A stretch of 64,000 nt of DNA from a virus. Shown piece after piece: positions 28,868 to 38,254 of this stretch. Position 1 is the stretch's first letter. Each line of letters starts with the position of its first letter. The notes beneath the pieces were generated by a model. That model was not told the origin of the DNA, searched no databases, and saw only the letters and a program-made list of their open reading frames with translations. The position numbers and the translations under genes are program-made. The stretch covers positions 1 to 64,000 of the IMG/VR virus record IMGVR_UViG_3300027973_000048. One strand, 5' to 3'.

Positions 28868-29945
28868 TCTCGAAGCCGTAGAGACCAGGTACACCGGGCA
28901 GTGGAAAATCCACTTGCCCGAAACTCTTAGGAAACTCGGACATGAAGTTGAAATTATTAGCGGGCCTAGCGATATCCCTAGTGCTACTACTCCCGGTGCT
29001 TTTCTTAACTTTGGTGGTACAAACATTTATAAGTCTGCCCAAGTTGAAAAAATGGGTCGTCTATTTTGCGCCGGAGCAGTTAAGCCTGGTGATCATTTTC
29101 TGTTTACAGATGCTTGGCACCCTGGAATCATCAATCTCAAATACATGTCTGAACTGCTTGGTGTGCCGGTAAAGACTCATGGTCTTTGGCACGCCGGCAG
29201 TTATGATCCCCAAGACTTCCTAGGCAGACTGATTGGTCCCCAATCTTGGGTAGTCTGTGCTGAGATGAGCTACTTCTATGCTTTTGACCATAATTACTTT
29301 GCCACTGAATTCCACGTCGAGCTATTCATGCAAGAATTACTCAATGGTGGGTTCAAAGGTGAAAATCCCTATTGGGAAGAGGATTGGGCTAATAGATACG
29401 ACAGTGGCAAAATTGTAAAGACTGGTTGGCCTATGGAATATATGCAAAAAATCCTAAAAGGTTATCGTAGTCTTCCCAAAAGAGATCTTATTCTATTCCC
29501 ACATCGCATTGCTCCAGAAAAACAAGTAGATATTTTTAGAGACTTGGCCAAGCAATTACCACAGTATGACTTTGTTGTTTGCCAAGATCATCAATTGAGT
29601 AAACATGAATATCATACCTTGTTAGCTGAGGCTAAGATGGTATTCAGTGCTAACTTACAAGAAACATTAGGTATTAGTTGCTATGAAGGTTCGGTATTAA
29701 ATGCAATTCCCATGGTACCTAATCGTCTAAGCTACAAGGAAATGTACTACGACGAATTTAAATATCCTACAGAATTTACTGAAAGTTTTGAATCCTACAA
29801 GCAATTTAAACATTTTTTGATTGAAGACATCGTAAATCATATGGAAAATTATGAAAGTAAAATAGCATTAGTAAGAAAACAAGAAAAGGATTTACATGAG
29901 CGATTTTTCTCCGCAACAGAATTATACAGTAACTTGGGACGGTGA
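28845..29945 (+). CDS. GT-B glycosyltransferase (GT4-like)
   Basis: FPHRIAPEKQ and QETLGISCYEG (E-x7-E); GTG start after AAGGA. Confidence 0.8.
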   Translation: MSKIFLVDLEAVETRYTGQWKIHLPETLRKLGHEVEIISGPSDIPSATTPGAFLNFGGTNIYKSAQVEKMGRLFCAGAVKPGDHFLFTDAWHPGIINLKYMSELLGVPVKTHGLWHAGSYDPQDFLGRLIGPQSWVVCAEMSYFYAFDHNYFATEFHVELFMQELLNGGFKGENPYWEEDWANRYDSGKIVKTGWPMEYMQKILKGYRSLPKRDLILFPHRIAPEKQVDIFRDLAKQLPQYDFVVCQDHQLSKHEYHTLLAEAKMVFSANLQETLGISCYEGSVLNAIPMVPNRLSYKEMYYDEFKYPTEFTESFESYKQFKHFLIEDIVNHMENYESKIALVRKQEKDLHERFFSATELYSNLGR

Positions 29946-30393
29946 TGTCCCCAGTCTAACCTCCAAAGATATACAGACATTAACTACTTTTGACATTAGT
30001 ACTTTAAGCAGTCTTGTCACTGACGATACAATAACCTTTCGAGATTACCAAAGTAATCACACTGCTGGATATAATTATGGCAGCTTTGGCAGTACCATGG
30101 CTGGTAATGCTTATACAACTGCCAGTGGGTTAACCTATATTAATACTATTAGCCCAAGCTCTATCACTCTCAATACTAGTTCAATTAGCGCTATTGGTAC
30201 TATGGATATTTCAACACTGCTCAATACTAGCTGGAGTTTGAATCAGGTCGAATGGGTTGATACTTGGCCCGATTTCAATAAAGTAAAAAATATGCGTGTC
30301 AAATATCCAGCTCTAGACAAAGCTATGGAAAAAGTTGTTTCCATTTACAATATGGTTAAAGATGATTATGATAGCCCAGTACCTAAAAAATAA
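29896..30393 (+). CDS. Hypothetical protein, Ser/Thr-rich N-terminus
   Basis: Low-complexity N-half; KYPALDKA helix at C-terminus. Confidence 0.6.
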   Translation: MSDFSPQQNYTVTWDGDVPSLTSKDIQTLTTFDISTLSSLVTDDTITFRDYQSNHTAGYNYGSFGSTMAGNAYTTASGLTYINTISPSSITLNTSSISAIGTMDISTLLNTSWSLNQVEWVDTWPDFNKVKNMRVKYPALDKAMEKVVSIYNMVKDDYDSPVPKK

Positions 30394-30844
30394 ATTCTTC
30401 GAAAAATTAGAAAAGTTAGGTCGTAAGAGAATTATTCTAGACCGAGCCAGTAAAGAACCATACTTGGAAAGATACTACGTCTTTCTAAAAGATCGTACTT
30501 GGTTCCCATTTAATGTGTTCATTCATAAATTTCTTAAGAGTGATCCAGATGATGTACACGATCATCCTTGGCCCTACGCTACACTAATCCTTAAAGGAGG
30601 CTACAATGAATGGGTTCCAACTTTTGACAAAGATGGTAAAAAGATTGGGGAAGTTTGTCACTGGCGTGGTCCTGGCCATTTTAGGTTTAGTAGTGCTAAT
30701 AGCTATCACCGTATTGAAATGGTTGAAGGGGTAGCTGCTTGGACAATGTTTATGCCTGGCCCACAAAAGAGAGAATGGGGATTTTTGGTTAAAGATAAAT
30801 GGATTCAAAATGAGCAATACTTCGAACTACGCAAATCAAGCTAG
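30362..30844 (+). CDS. Cupin-fold protein
   Basis: HDHPW...ILKGGYNE...HRIE metal-binding motifs; start uncertain. Confidence 0.75.
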   Translation: MIMIAQYLKNKFFEKLEKLGRKRIILDRASKEPYLERYYVFLKDRTWFPFNVFIHKFLKSDPDDVHDHPWPYATLILKGGYNEWVPTFDKDGKKIGEVCHWRGPGHFRFSSANSYHRIEMVEGVAAWTMFMPGPQKREWGFLVKDKWIQNEQYFELRKSS

Positions 30845-31196
30845 CATTATGGGAGTTCCTACTATGGGAACTATTACCACCACTAATAATACTGGTGGAA
30901 ATTTTTTAATTAGCAATCCACACGGACATGGAAACCGTTGGGGGAGCGCAATCGGCCAGAGTGAAGCACTTCGAATCTATGATACCAATCCCCCTCAATT
31001 AGAAGTTAAAGGTAAGATGACGTTAAACGGACGTGACATGGAAGAACGGTTAGATGCAATTGAAAAAGTCTTGCTTATTCCTGAACGTGATGTTAAACTA
31101 GAACAGAAGCACCCCAAGCTGAAAAAACTCTACGACGAGTATATGGCAGCATTGGGCAAATATAGAACATTCGAATCACTGAAAGGAGACGAATGA
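30810..31196 (+). CDS. Hypothetical protein
   Basis: 128 aa; C-terminal KHPKLKKLYDEY helix. Confidence 0.6.
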   Translation: MSNTSNYANQASIMGVPTMGTITTTNNTGGNFLISNPHGHGNRWGSAIGQSEALRIYDTNPPQLEVKGKMTLNGRDMEERLDAIEKVLLIPERDVKLEQKHPKLKKLYDEYMAALGKYRTFESLKGDE

Positions 31197-31570
31197 TGTC
31201 AGATTTAACAAGGGCCTTAGATGATGGACGAGCTCCGTGGAAAGAAATTGAATACAGAACCAAAAACTACTGGGTCTTCAAAGACGCTTACCCGGTATCG
31301 GAAGGACATTTGCTATTTGTGCCAACCGAAAAAAAACTTGAAAACTTGGTTGCGTGTTTCCAAGCAGCCTACAAGTTCGGCTACGACGGCATGGTCCAAG
31401 AAAAATGGCATGGCTTTAACGTCGGGCAAAACTGTGGCGAGGCTGCTGGCCAAACCGTAAGCTATCCCCACGTACATTTGATCCCACGTCGTACAGGTGA
31501 TGTCAAAGATCCCAGCGGCGGTGTTAGACATGTCATACCAAAAAAAGCCAAATACAAACGTGAAAAATGA
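31193..31570 (+). CDS. HIT-family nucleotide hydrolase
   Basis: DAYPVSEGHLL, AGQTV.YPHVHLIPR. Confidence 0.88.
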   Translation: MMSDLTRALDDGRAPWKEIEYRTKNYWVFKDAYPVSEGHLLFVPTEKKLENLVACFQAAYKFGYDGMVQEKWHGFNVGQNCGEAAGQTVSYPHVHLIPRRTGDVKDPSGGVRHVIPKKAKYKREK

Positions 31571-31757
31571 AGTAAAGATTGTTTGGGCTAATCAAGACAA
31601 ATTTTGGTGGAATGAAGCCTGTGCCCAAGTACTTGAAAGATTTGGATTACCCGGTAAAAGATATACAACTTCTGTGAACGAAAATAATCTAATCTTCAAG
31701 TTTCATTCTGATCATGATGCCACCATGTGTCGTCTGGTATTAAGCGAATACATATGA
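31560..31757 (+). CDS. Hypothetical protein
   Basis: Fills gap; start uncertain; ATGA overlap with next gene. Confidence 0.55.
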   Translation: MKNEVKIVWANQDKFWWNEACAQVLERFGLPGKRYTTSVNENNLIFKFHSDHDATMCRLVLSEYI

Positions 31758-32245
31758 ATTTGATAGAATATAAAAATAAAAAGTACCCAGCATTCCAAGC
31801 TGAAGGAAATGCTAGCCAATTTGCCATACCTTTTGCTCTACACTTTTGCAAAGGAGATGGGTTTGATGTTGGATGCAATAGAATTGAGTGGGCATTCCCT
31901 ACTGCTCAACCAATTGACTTAAAAATTGACGACGAATGGAACGCCTTACATTTGCCAGATAGGCAAGTTGATTATATATTTTCTAGCCACTGTCTTGAAC
32001 ATTTACCCAATTGGGTTGATGCACTAGACTATTGGGGTTCCAAACTTAAAGTTAATGGTACGTTATTTTTATACCTTCCAGACTATAGCCAAGAATATTG
32101 GCGACCTTGGAACAATAGACAACACATTCATGTATTAGACCCCGTCATAGTCAAAGACTACCTAATAGATAGGAAATATACAAATATTTTTTATAGTGGT
32201 AGAGACTTAAATGACAGTTTCATGATTGTGGCTGAAAAATCTTGA
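31754..32245 (+). CDS. Class I SAM methyltransferase-like
   Basis: GFDVGC, DYIFSSHCLEHL, LKVNGTLFLYLP. Confidence 0.8.
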   Translation: MNLIEYKNKKYPAFQAEGNASQFAIPFALHFCKGDGFDVGCNRIEWAFPTAQPIDLKIDDEWNALHLPDRQVDYIFSSHCLEHLPNWVDALDYWGSKLKVNGTLFLYLPDYSQEYWRPWNNRQHIHVLDPVIVKDYLIDRKYTNIFYSGRDLNDSFMIVAEKS

Positions 32246-32270
32246 CACTTGCCTAAATAACCTATATAAT
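32242..32270 (+). promoter_or_regulatory. Composite promoter: TTGACA-N17-TATAAT with TAAATA in the spacer
   Basis: TTGACA 32242-32247, TAAATA 32254-32259, TATAAT 32265-32270. Confidence 0.85.
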
Positions 32271-32290
32271 ATATCAAACAAGGAATTGGT

Positions 32291-32986
32291 ATGGCTGAAA
32301 AAAATCTAGCACAAGTATTGCGTGATCGTATGCGCCGAGAAGGTAAAAGGTTCTGGGCAGGCGATAATATATCCGATTATGTGGAAGAACCTTTCAAAGA
32401 TGAACTAATTAATGATGCAACCAAAGCATTTGAAAACGTGCTGGACGCATTACTGATTGATAGAGAAAATGATCCTAATAGTAAAGGAACTGCTCGTCGA
32501 TTGGCCAAAATGTACTTTAACGAAATCATGGCAGGACGCTATGATCCCGCTCCCGACGCCACTAGCTTTCCTAACGAAGGCGAAGATGCCTATACTGGCA
32601 TGTTGGTAGTACGCAGTGAACTTCGTAGTATGTGTAGCCATCATCATCAACCAGTTAATGGTGTTGCTTACATAGGAATTATACCAAATGGCAAAGTCAT
32701 CGGATTATCAAAATACACAAGAATTGCTCAGTGGTGTGCCCGTAGAGGAACACTCCAAGAAGAACTGTGCAACGACATCGCTAAAGAAATTAGCCGCGCA
32801 ACCAACAGCAAGAACGTTGGGGTCTATATCCAAGCCACACATGGTTGTTGTGAAAACCGCGGAATTATGGCGCATTCCAGTCTCACACAAACCACAGTCT
32901 TAAAAGGTGCATTCAAAGACGATGTGGGTACTAAGAAGGAGTTTTTTGATAACATTAAACTCCAACAAGATTTTGCACCAAGATAA
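32291..32986 (+). CDS. folE: GTP cyclohydrolase I
   Basis: SMCSHH, IGLSK, LQEE, HGCCENRG. Confidence 0.95.
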   Translation: MAEKNLAQVLRDRMRREGKRFWAGDNISDYVEEPFKDELINDATKAFENVLDALLIDRENDPNSKGTARRLAKMYFNEIMAGRYDPAPDATSFPNEGEDAYTGMLVVRSELRSMCSHHHQPVNGVAYIGIIPNGKVIGLSKYTRIAQWCARRGTLQEELCNDIAKEISRATNSKNVGVYIQATHGCCENRGIMAHSSLTQTTVLKGAFKDDVGTKKEFFDNIKLQQDFAPR

Positions 32987-32999
32987 CTAAGGAAATATT

Positions 33000-33155
33000 A
33001 TGGAAACTCAAAAGAAAGTTGGAACTTGTGGCTGCGGACGTAGCCCTACTGGTGATTGTATTGGCTGGCATGGTCTTACAGAAACTATGTATCAAACCAA
33101 ATTAGCTGAATGGCAACATAAAGAACAAGTTAAACAAGAACAGACAAAATCATGA
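33000..33155 (+). CDS. CDGSH/NEET-like Fe-S microprotein (51 aa, not in ORF track)
   Basis: TAAGGA SD; METQKKVGTCGCGRSPTGDCIGWHG...; C-x-C-x2-S-x4-C-x-G-x-H. Confidence 0.72.
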   Translation: METQKKVGTCGCGRSPTGDCIGWHGLTETMYQTKLAEWQHKEQVKQEQTKS

Positions 33156-33442
33156 TAAACTGGCTTCGACTAAAAATTCTTCATTGGCTGGAGACCGATC
33201 CTGTAGTAGAGACAAAACTGGCTAGACAAACAATCGGTCGTGACATTGAGGATCGTAGCGTTAGTGATGAACCTGTGATGAGGTTTAAAGTCTATACTGC
33301 TATTGGTGGAAGGATTGTAGAGTTTAGTCGCCATGATCGAAGAAATGATCGCCATGAGCATACTCTTTATATCATTAACAACGATGAAGATTTTGGACAA
33401 CGCATTGCTAAAATTGCCACATTGGAGAACTTGAAAAATTGA
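33152..33442 (+). CDS. Hypothetical protein
   Basis: ATGA-coupled 96 aa ORF. Confidence 0.7.
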   Translation: MINWLRLKILHWLETDPVVETKLARQTIGRDIEDRSVSDEPVMRFKVYTAIGGRIVEFSRHDRRNDRHEHTLYIINNDEDFGQRIAKIATLENLKN

Positions 33443-33780
33443 ATGCAGAAACGCCAGCTAAAGGTGTACTTCTAGTTAATGACTGGGGTTCTAATAAAAT
33501 GTATAAAACTGTTTGTGAATGCGGCAGTGATGATTGTACTCATACAATTGACATTGAAGCAGAGGAAACAGAAGTAACCGTGACCATTTATACTAGAACT
33601 AAAACTAACTTTTGGTCTAAATCGCGCTGGTATCATATTTGGCAACTTTTAACTAAAGGTTATACCGATTATGAAACTTCCATCATTATGAGCAAACAGG
33701 TTGCTCTTAACTATGCATTTGTGTTACAATCAGCTGTTAAGGACATAGAGGAGTTTCAAAGTGAAAGACTCAATAAATGA
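33439..33780 (+). CDS. Hypothetical protein with CxC-x4-C-x-H motif
   Basis: CECGSDDCTH. Confidence 0.65.
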   Translation: MNAETPAKGVLLVNDWGSNKMYKTVCECGSDDCTHTIDIEAEETEVTVTIYTRTKTNFWSKSRWYHIWQLLTKGYTDYETSIIMSKQVALNYAFVLQSAVKDIEEFQSERLNK

Positions 33781-34039
33781 AGTAATGAGTATCCTCCAAG
33801 AGGAATGTGCAGAAGTTATTCAAGCTGTTAGCAAGATTAACCGATTTGGCATGGATAATAGCAAACCTGGCGAAGTCAAAACTAATCGACAACACTTAGA
33901 AGAAGAACTAGGTGATTTAGCTGCTATGATTACTCTACTAGAAATGAACGGTGTAATTAGTCAATTTAATATTGAAAAAGCCAAACTGGCTAAATTTGAC
34001 AAACTTAAAAAATGGTCTACCATATATGAGCAAGATTAA
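33761..34039 (+). CDS. MazG-like NTP pyrophosphohydrolase
   Basis: QEECAEVIQA and LEEELGDL acidic motifs. Confidence 0.8.
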   Translation: MKDSINEVMSILQEECAEVIQAVSKINRFGMDNSKPGEVKTNRQHLEEELGDLAAMITLLEMNGVISQFNIEKAKLAKFDKLKKWSTIYEQD

Positions 34040-34883
34040 AGTCAGCGAACTGTTTTATTCAATCCAAGGGGAAGGACGCTATATGGGTGTCCCTTCTGTA
34101 TTTTTACGCACATTTGGCTGCAACTTTACCTGTGATGGGTTTGGCATGCCACGTGGTGAAAAAAGCCTTGAAAGAGTTAATGTGGCACTAATAGATGAAG
34201 AACAACCTTTTAAAAACTATAAAGACTTGCCTCTTGTATCCACGGGCTGTGATAGTTATGCTAGTTGGGATCCTAACTTCAAGCATCTTAGCCCTTTATA
34301 TGATGTGGGTAATCTTGCAAATGATATTGTGGACCTACTACCACACAAAACGTGGAACGAAGAACACCTTGTCATCACAGGAGGAGAACCTCTCTTAGGT
34401 TGGCAACGTAGCTATCCTGAACTGCTAGACGTAGATTCAATGATAAGATTGCGTCACTTAACTTTTGAAACTAATGGCACTCAAAAATTAACTTCAGATT
34501 TTAAAAATTATTTGATTAATTGGAGTGATAGGCTTCATAAACAAAGAGAAGTCACATTTAGTGTCAGTGCCAAACTGCCAGTGAGTGGAGAAAAGTGGGA
34601 AGATGCTATACTTCCCGAAGTAGTGTGTGACTATGAAAAAGTCGGTTATACTTACTTGAAATTTGTCATAGCAAGCGAAGAGGATTTACTAGATGCACGT
34701 CAAGCAGTCAAACAGTATAGAAATTATGGCTTTAAAGGCCCTGTGTATATTATGCCTGTCGGCGGCATTGAGCGGGTGTACAGTCTTAATAATAGGCGTG
34801 TGGCAGAAATGGCAATGCGAGAAGGATGGCGGTATAGTGACCGACTTCAAGTGCCATTATTTAAAAACGAATGGGGAACCTAA
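34026..34883 (+). CDS. queE: 7-carboxy-7-deazaguanine synthase (radical SAM)
   Basis: ELFYSIQGEG, FLRTFGCNFTC...GCDS, ITGGEP, FETNGT, YSDRLQ. Confidence 0.92.
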   Translation: MSKIKVSELFYSIQGEGRYMGVPSVFLRTFGCNFTCDGFGMPRGEKSLERVNVALIDEEQPFKNYKDLPLVSTGCDSYASWDPNFKHLSPLYDVGNLANDIVDLLPHKTWNEEHLVITGGEPLLGWQRSYPELLDVDSMIRLRHLTFETNGTQKLTSDFKNYLINWSDRLHKQREVTFSVSAKLPVSGEKWEDAILPEVVCDYEKVGYTYLKFVIASEEDLLDARQAVKQYRNYGFKGPVYIMPVGGIERVYSLNNRRVAEMAMREGWRYSDRLQVPLFKNEWGT

Positions 34884-35551
34884 TGAAAACACTAACTGAG
34901 ATTTTTGAAAATGACCTAACTTTCCACTGTGACAAGTATGGATCATATTTGCCTGTATATGAACAATACTTTGAAAAATATCGAGATCGTCATATCAACT
35001 TTGTGGAAGTTGGCATCCAAGGTGGCGGCAGTTTGGAAATGTGGAAAAAATATTTCGGTGACAAAGCCAAAATTATTGGCATTGACATTGATCCCACTGT
35101 ATATGAAAGACAAACTCCTGGCACAGAGATTGCCATTGGTAATCAAGAAGACGTAAACTTTTGGAATATGATACTGCCTAAAATTGGTCCAATTCATGCA
35201 TTCATTGATGACGGTGGTCACCAAATGAAACAACAGATTAATACCTTATTAGCAGTATGGCCCAAAATTGTCAATGGCGGCGTATACATTTGTGAAGACA
35301 CTCATACTAGTTATTGGTCTGACTGGGGTAACGGTGTAGGCAGAGAATGGACCATGATGGAATTTGCCAAAAAGATTCTTGACATGGTAAATTTTGTACA
35401 CTGGCATGAATACCCAGAAGACTTGGGTGTATTAAGTAAATTTCAAGATATTGGTTCAGTTTGTTTTTATAATAGCATGATAGTGTTTACTAAAGGCCAA
35501 CCAGAATGGATCAGACCAAAACCCTATCCAAATCCATTAGCAGGTCGATGA
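34883..35551 (+). CDS. Class I SAM methyltransferase (sugar O-methyltransferase-like)
   Basis: VEVGIQGGGS, GIDID, IDDGGH, GGVYICEDTHTSY. Confidence 0.82.
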   Translation: MKTLTEIFENDLTFHCDKYGSYLPVYEQYFEKYRDRHINFVEVGIQGGGSLEMWKKYFGDKAKIIGIDIDPTVYERQTPGTEIAIGNQEDVNFWNMILPKIGPIHAFIDDGGHQMKQQINTLLAVWPKIVNGGVYICEDTHTSYWSDWGNGVGREWTMMEFAKKILDMVNFVHWHEYPEDLGVLSKFQDIGSVCFYNSMIVFTKGQPEWIRPKPYPNPLAGR

Positions 35552-36099
35552 TGAGAAAAATATTAGTATTAGGTTGTGGCAAAAAAACTCTTTTAGATTT
35601 TGAGCATGACGAGGTAGTCACTGTAGATTTAAATGAAAGTGTAGGAGCCACAGTAGTTCATAACTTAGATGCATATCCATGGCCTTTTGATGACAACACT
35701 TTTGATGTAATTTTAATGGATAATGTTTTAGAACATTTGACCGACATAGTTAAAACTATGGAAGAATTACATAGAGTCAGTAAAAATAATGCCACTATTA
35801 CTGTTATAGTTCCCTATTTTCGTAGCAAATGGGCCTGTGTAGACCCAACACATAAACATTTTTTTACTGCTGACACATTGAGCTATTTTATCGATGGTCA
35901 CATATATCATGAAAGATATGCCTATAGCACTTGTAAATTTCGAATGCTCAGTAAAAAATTTAATGAAGGCATTGATCAAACTTGGTTTCAACAACTGTTA
36001 ATTCCTATAGCTGAACAATATACTGAATTTTATGAAAATAAAATTAGTCCTATTTTTCCATTGGAAACATTAACATATCATTTGGAAACTATAAAATGA
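35548..36099 (+). CDS. Class I SAM methyltransferase (type 11-like)
   Basis: LVLGCG, VHNLD.YPWPF, NVLEHL, DPTH. Confidence 0.82.
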   Translation: MMRKILVLGCGKKTLLDFEHDEVVTVDLNESVGATVVHNLDAYPWPFDDNTFDVILMDNVLEHLTDIVKTMEELHRVSKNNATITVIVPYFRSKWACVDPTHKHFFTADTLSYFIDGHIYHERYAYSTCKFRMLSKKFNEGIDQTWFQQLLIPIAEQYTEFYENKISPIFPLETLTYHLETIK

Positions 36100-36545
36100 A
36101 AAATTTCTTAAAAAGAATCTTTGGTATTACTCGAATGGAGGAATCCATTGCGGAAATACAAAAATTAAAGGAAGCTAAAGAAGCCGAAGTTCAAAGAGCA
36201 GAAGAAGCTGCTAAACGAGCATTGGAAGAGGAAGCTATTGCTAAAATGACTCCAAAGGAACGTGCCTCACAACGTGGCGAACCTTGGGTAGGTGTGCTGG
36301 AAACACATATCAATAAGGAAAACGTTCGTAATGGCTTCTTTGAGCTTGACTGGAACGATGAATTCATTGTACAATTGAGGAAAGCAGGATATGGATACGA
36401 CGCTGATCCACAAGAAGAAATTGTGGATCGCTGGTTCCGTGATCTTGCTCGCAACGTGCTAGCCGAAGAAGGTCAGGACGTTGGTCGTGGTGCTGGATAT
36501 ATTAACATAAACAAACTTGGTGGCGGACGTTCCGAAGTCAAATGA
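36096..36545 (+). CDS. Hypothetical protein
   Basis: 149 aa; FELDWNDEF motif; coiled-coil N-terminus. Confidence 0.7.
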   Translation: MKNFLKRIFGITRMEESIAEIQKLKEAKEAEVQRAEEAAKRALEEEAIAKMTPKERASQRGEPWVGVLETHINKENVRNGFFELDWNDEFIVQLRKAGYGYDADPQEEIVDRWFRDLARNVLAEEGQDVGRGAGYININKLGGGRSEVK

Positions 36546-37510
36546 CATACATTTTAGTTGATACTGCGAATACTTTTTTTCGTTCTAGACACGCAATTAA
36601 TGGCAGCGCAGATATAAAACTGGGCATGGCCTTTCATATTACCCTAAACAGCATTAAAAAAGCTTGGACTGACTTTGATGGCAGCCATTTAGTGTTCTGT
36701 TTAGAAGGTCGAAGCTGGCGTAAGGACTATTACGCACCTTATAAACGTAATAGAGCTGAATCTAGAGCTGCTGCCAGCGAACGTGAACAAGAAGAAGATC
36801 GTATTTTCTGGGAAGCCTTTGATACTTTTAAAGATTTCATAGCAGAAAAAACCAATGCCACCGTATTGCAAAATCCACAACTAGAAGCAGATGATCTTAT
36901 TGCTGGCTTTATTCAAAGTCATCCCGACGATGATCATGTTATTATTAGCACAGACAGCGATTTTATCCAACTAATTGCTCCTAATGTACGTCAATATAAC
37001 GGCATTAGCGAAACTACCTATACACACGAAGGTATTTTTGATAAAAAAGGCAAACGTGTAATTGACAAAAAGACCAATGTGGAAAAAGATCTAATTGATC
37101 CAGAATGGGTGTTATTTGAAAAATGTATGCGTGGTGATCCCACTGACAATGTGTTCAGTGCCTATCCTAAAGTGCGTAAAAATAAACTATTAGAAGCATA
37201 TAATGATCGTAATCGTCGTGGATTTGCTTGGAATAACCTAATGCTACAACGTTGGGTAGATCATAACGGCGAAGAACATCGTGTATTAGATGATTACGAA
37301 CGTAATCGTAGACTTATTGACCTAAAACATCAACCCGATGATATTAAACAAATCATTAACGAAACTATTACAGCCAAAAGCCAACCTAAAAACATCAGTC
37401 AAGTTGGTATTAGACTTATGAAGTTTTGTAATCTATATGATTTAAAAAGAATTACTGAAAATATTCAGCAATATGCTGATGCATTTCAAGCTAACTATCC
37501 TGCGGAGTAA
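36542..37510 (+). CDS. rnh: T4 RNase H-like 5'-3' exonuclease
   Basis: ILVD, SWRKDYY..YK.NR, EADD, STDSDF, GDPTDN. Confidence 0.9.
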   Translation: MTYILVDTANTFFRSRHAINGSADIKLGMAFHITLNSIKKAWTDFDGSHLVFCLEGRSWRKDYYAPYKRNRAESRAAASEREQEEDRIFWEAFDTFKDFIAEKTNATVLQNPQLEADDLIAGFIQSHPDDDHVIISTDSDFIQLIAPNVRQYNGISETTYTHEGIFDKKGKRVIDKKTNVEKDLIDPEWVLFEKCMRGDPTDNVFSAYPKVRKNKLLEAYNDRNRRGFAWNNLMLQRWVDHNGEEHRVLDDYERNRRLIDLKHQPDDIKQIINETITAKSQPKNISQVGIRLMKFCNLYDLKRITENIQQYADAFQANYPAE

Positions 37511-37512
37511 AA

Positions 37513-37986
37513 ATGAATAGTATTCAAGCCAAACCCATCGTTGATGGTGTATTATGGATTGTAGAACAAGACGGTGTCAAAGTAGGCACATTACATAAAA
37601 AAGAAAACAATCAGTATACTTTAAGCTCAAAAAATGGCGAATATGTTTTTCCTAAAAAGTCAGACATAACTAAAGAATTTGGAAGAGAATTTTTTATAAA
37701 AGGAATTGATACTACCGTATCAAGAGCTGTTCCATATGAGTGTTATGGATATCCCACCAAATGGGAACCATTTAACAGCATTTACAATGTTCGAAATAAA
37801 CTTCCATTGTTTACCAAAAGTAATCAAAGTAAAAGTTTATTCTGTGCAGGTCATTATATTATTAAATTTCCTAAAAATTGGGTTAAAAGTTTCTGCCCTA
37901 AATTAATTACCATTGAAAGATATCCTTACGAAGGGCCTTTTAAAACAGAAGAGGAATCTAGGGGAGCATTAGCCAATGCAAAATAA
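37513..37986 (+). CDS. Hypothetical protein
   Basis: 157 aa with GGAG SD. Confidence 0.7.
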   Translation: MNSIQAKPIVDGVLWIVEQDGVKVGTLHKKENNQYTLSSKNGEYVFPKKSDITKEFGREFFIKGIDTTVSRAVPYECYGYPTKWEPFNSIYNVRNKLPLFTKSNQSKSLFCAGHYIIKFPKNWVKSFCPKLITIERYPYEGPFKTEEESRGALANAK

Positions 37987-38221
37987 ACCTATTAATACAT
38001 TTCCTTTGCAACAATTCATTGAACAAGTAAAAATTGCCACAATGAGTCAACAAAGAGAAATCAAGTTGGACATACATACCGCAAAGACATTGGCATTTAC
38101 CATTGGAGAAGTTAATTCTAAGCTACTACAGGACTATGACAAACTGCTAACGGAGTTAAAATCCAATAATAACAATGACTTAATTGAATTGAAAATGGAC
38201 GGAGGGGGCTTTTCACAATGA
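37976..38221 (+). CDS. Hypothetical protein
   Basis: 81 aa; ends MDGGGF. Confidence 0.65.
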   Translation: MQNKPINTFPLQQFIEQVKIATMSQQREIKLDIHTAKTLAFTIGEVNSKLLQDYDKLLTELKSNNNNDLIELKMDGGGFSQ

Positions 38222-38224
38222 TTT

Positions 38225-38244
38225 TGGATAAATATACTTATCCA
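38225..38244 (+). promoter_or_regulatory. Late element ATAAATA inside a 7-bp inverted repeat
   Basis: TGGATAA-ATATAC-TTATCCA. Confidence 0.55.
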
Positions 38245-38254
38245 GGATCATACC

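Noticed and set aside
38225-38246. TTATCCA inverted pair as DnaA boxes or an origin
   Set aside because: Only 7 of 9 positions match, no box cluster or unwinding element; coincides with a late promoter motif.
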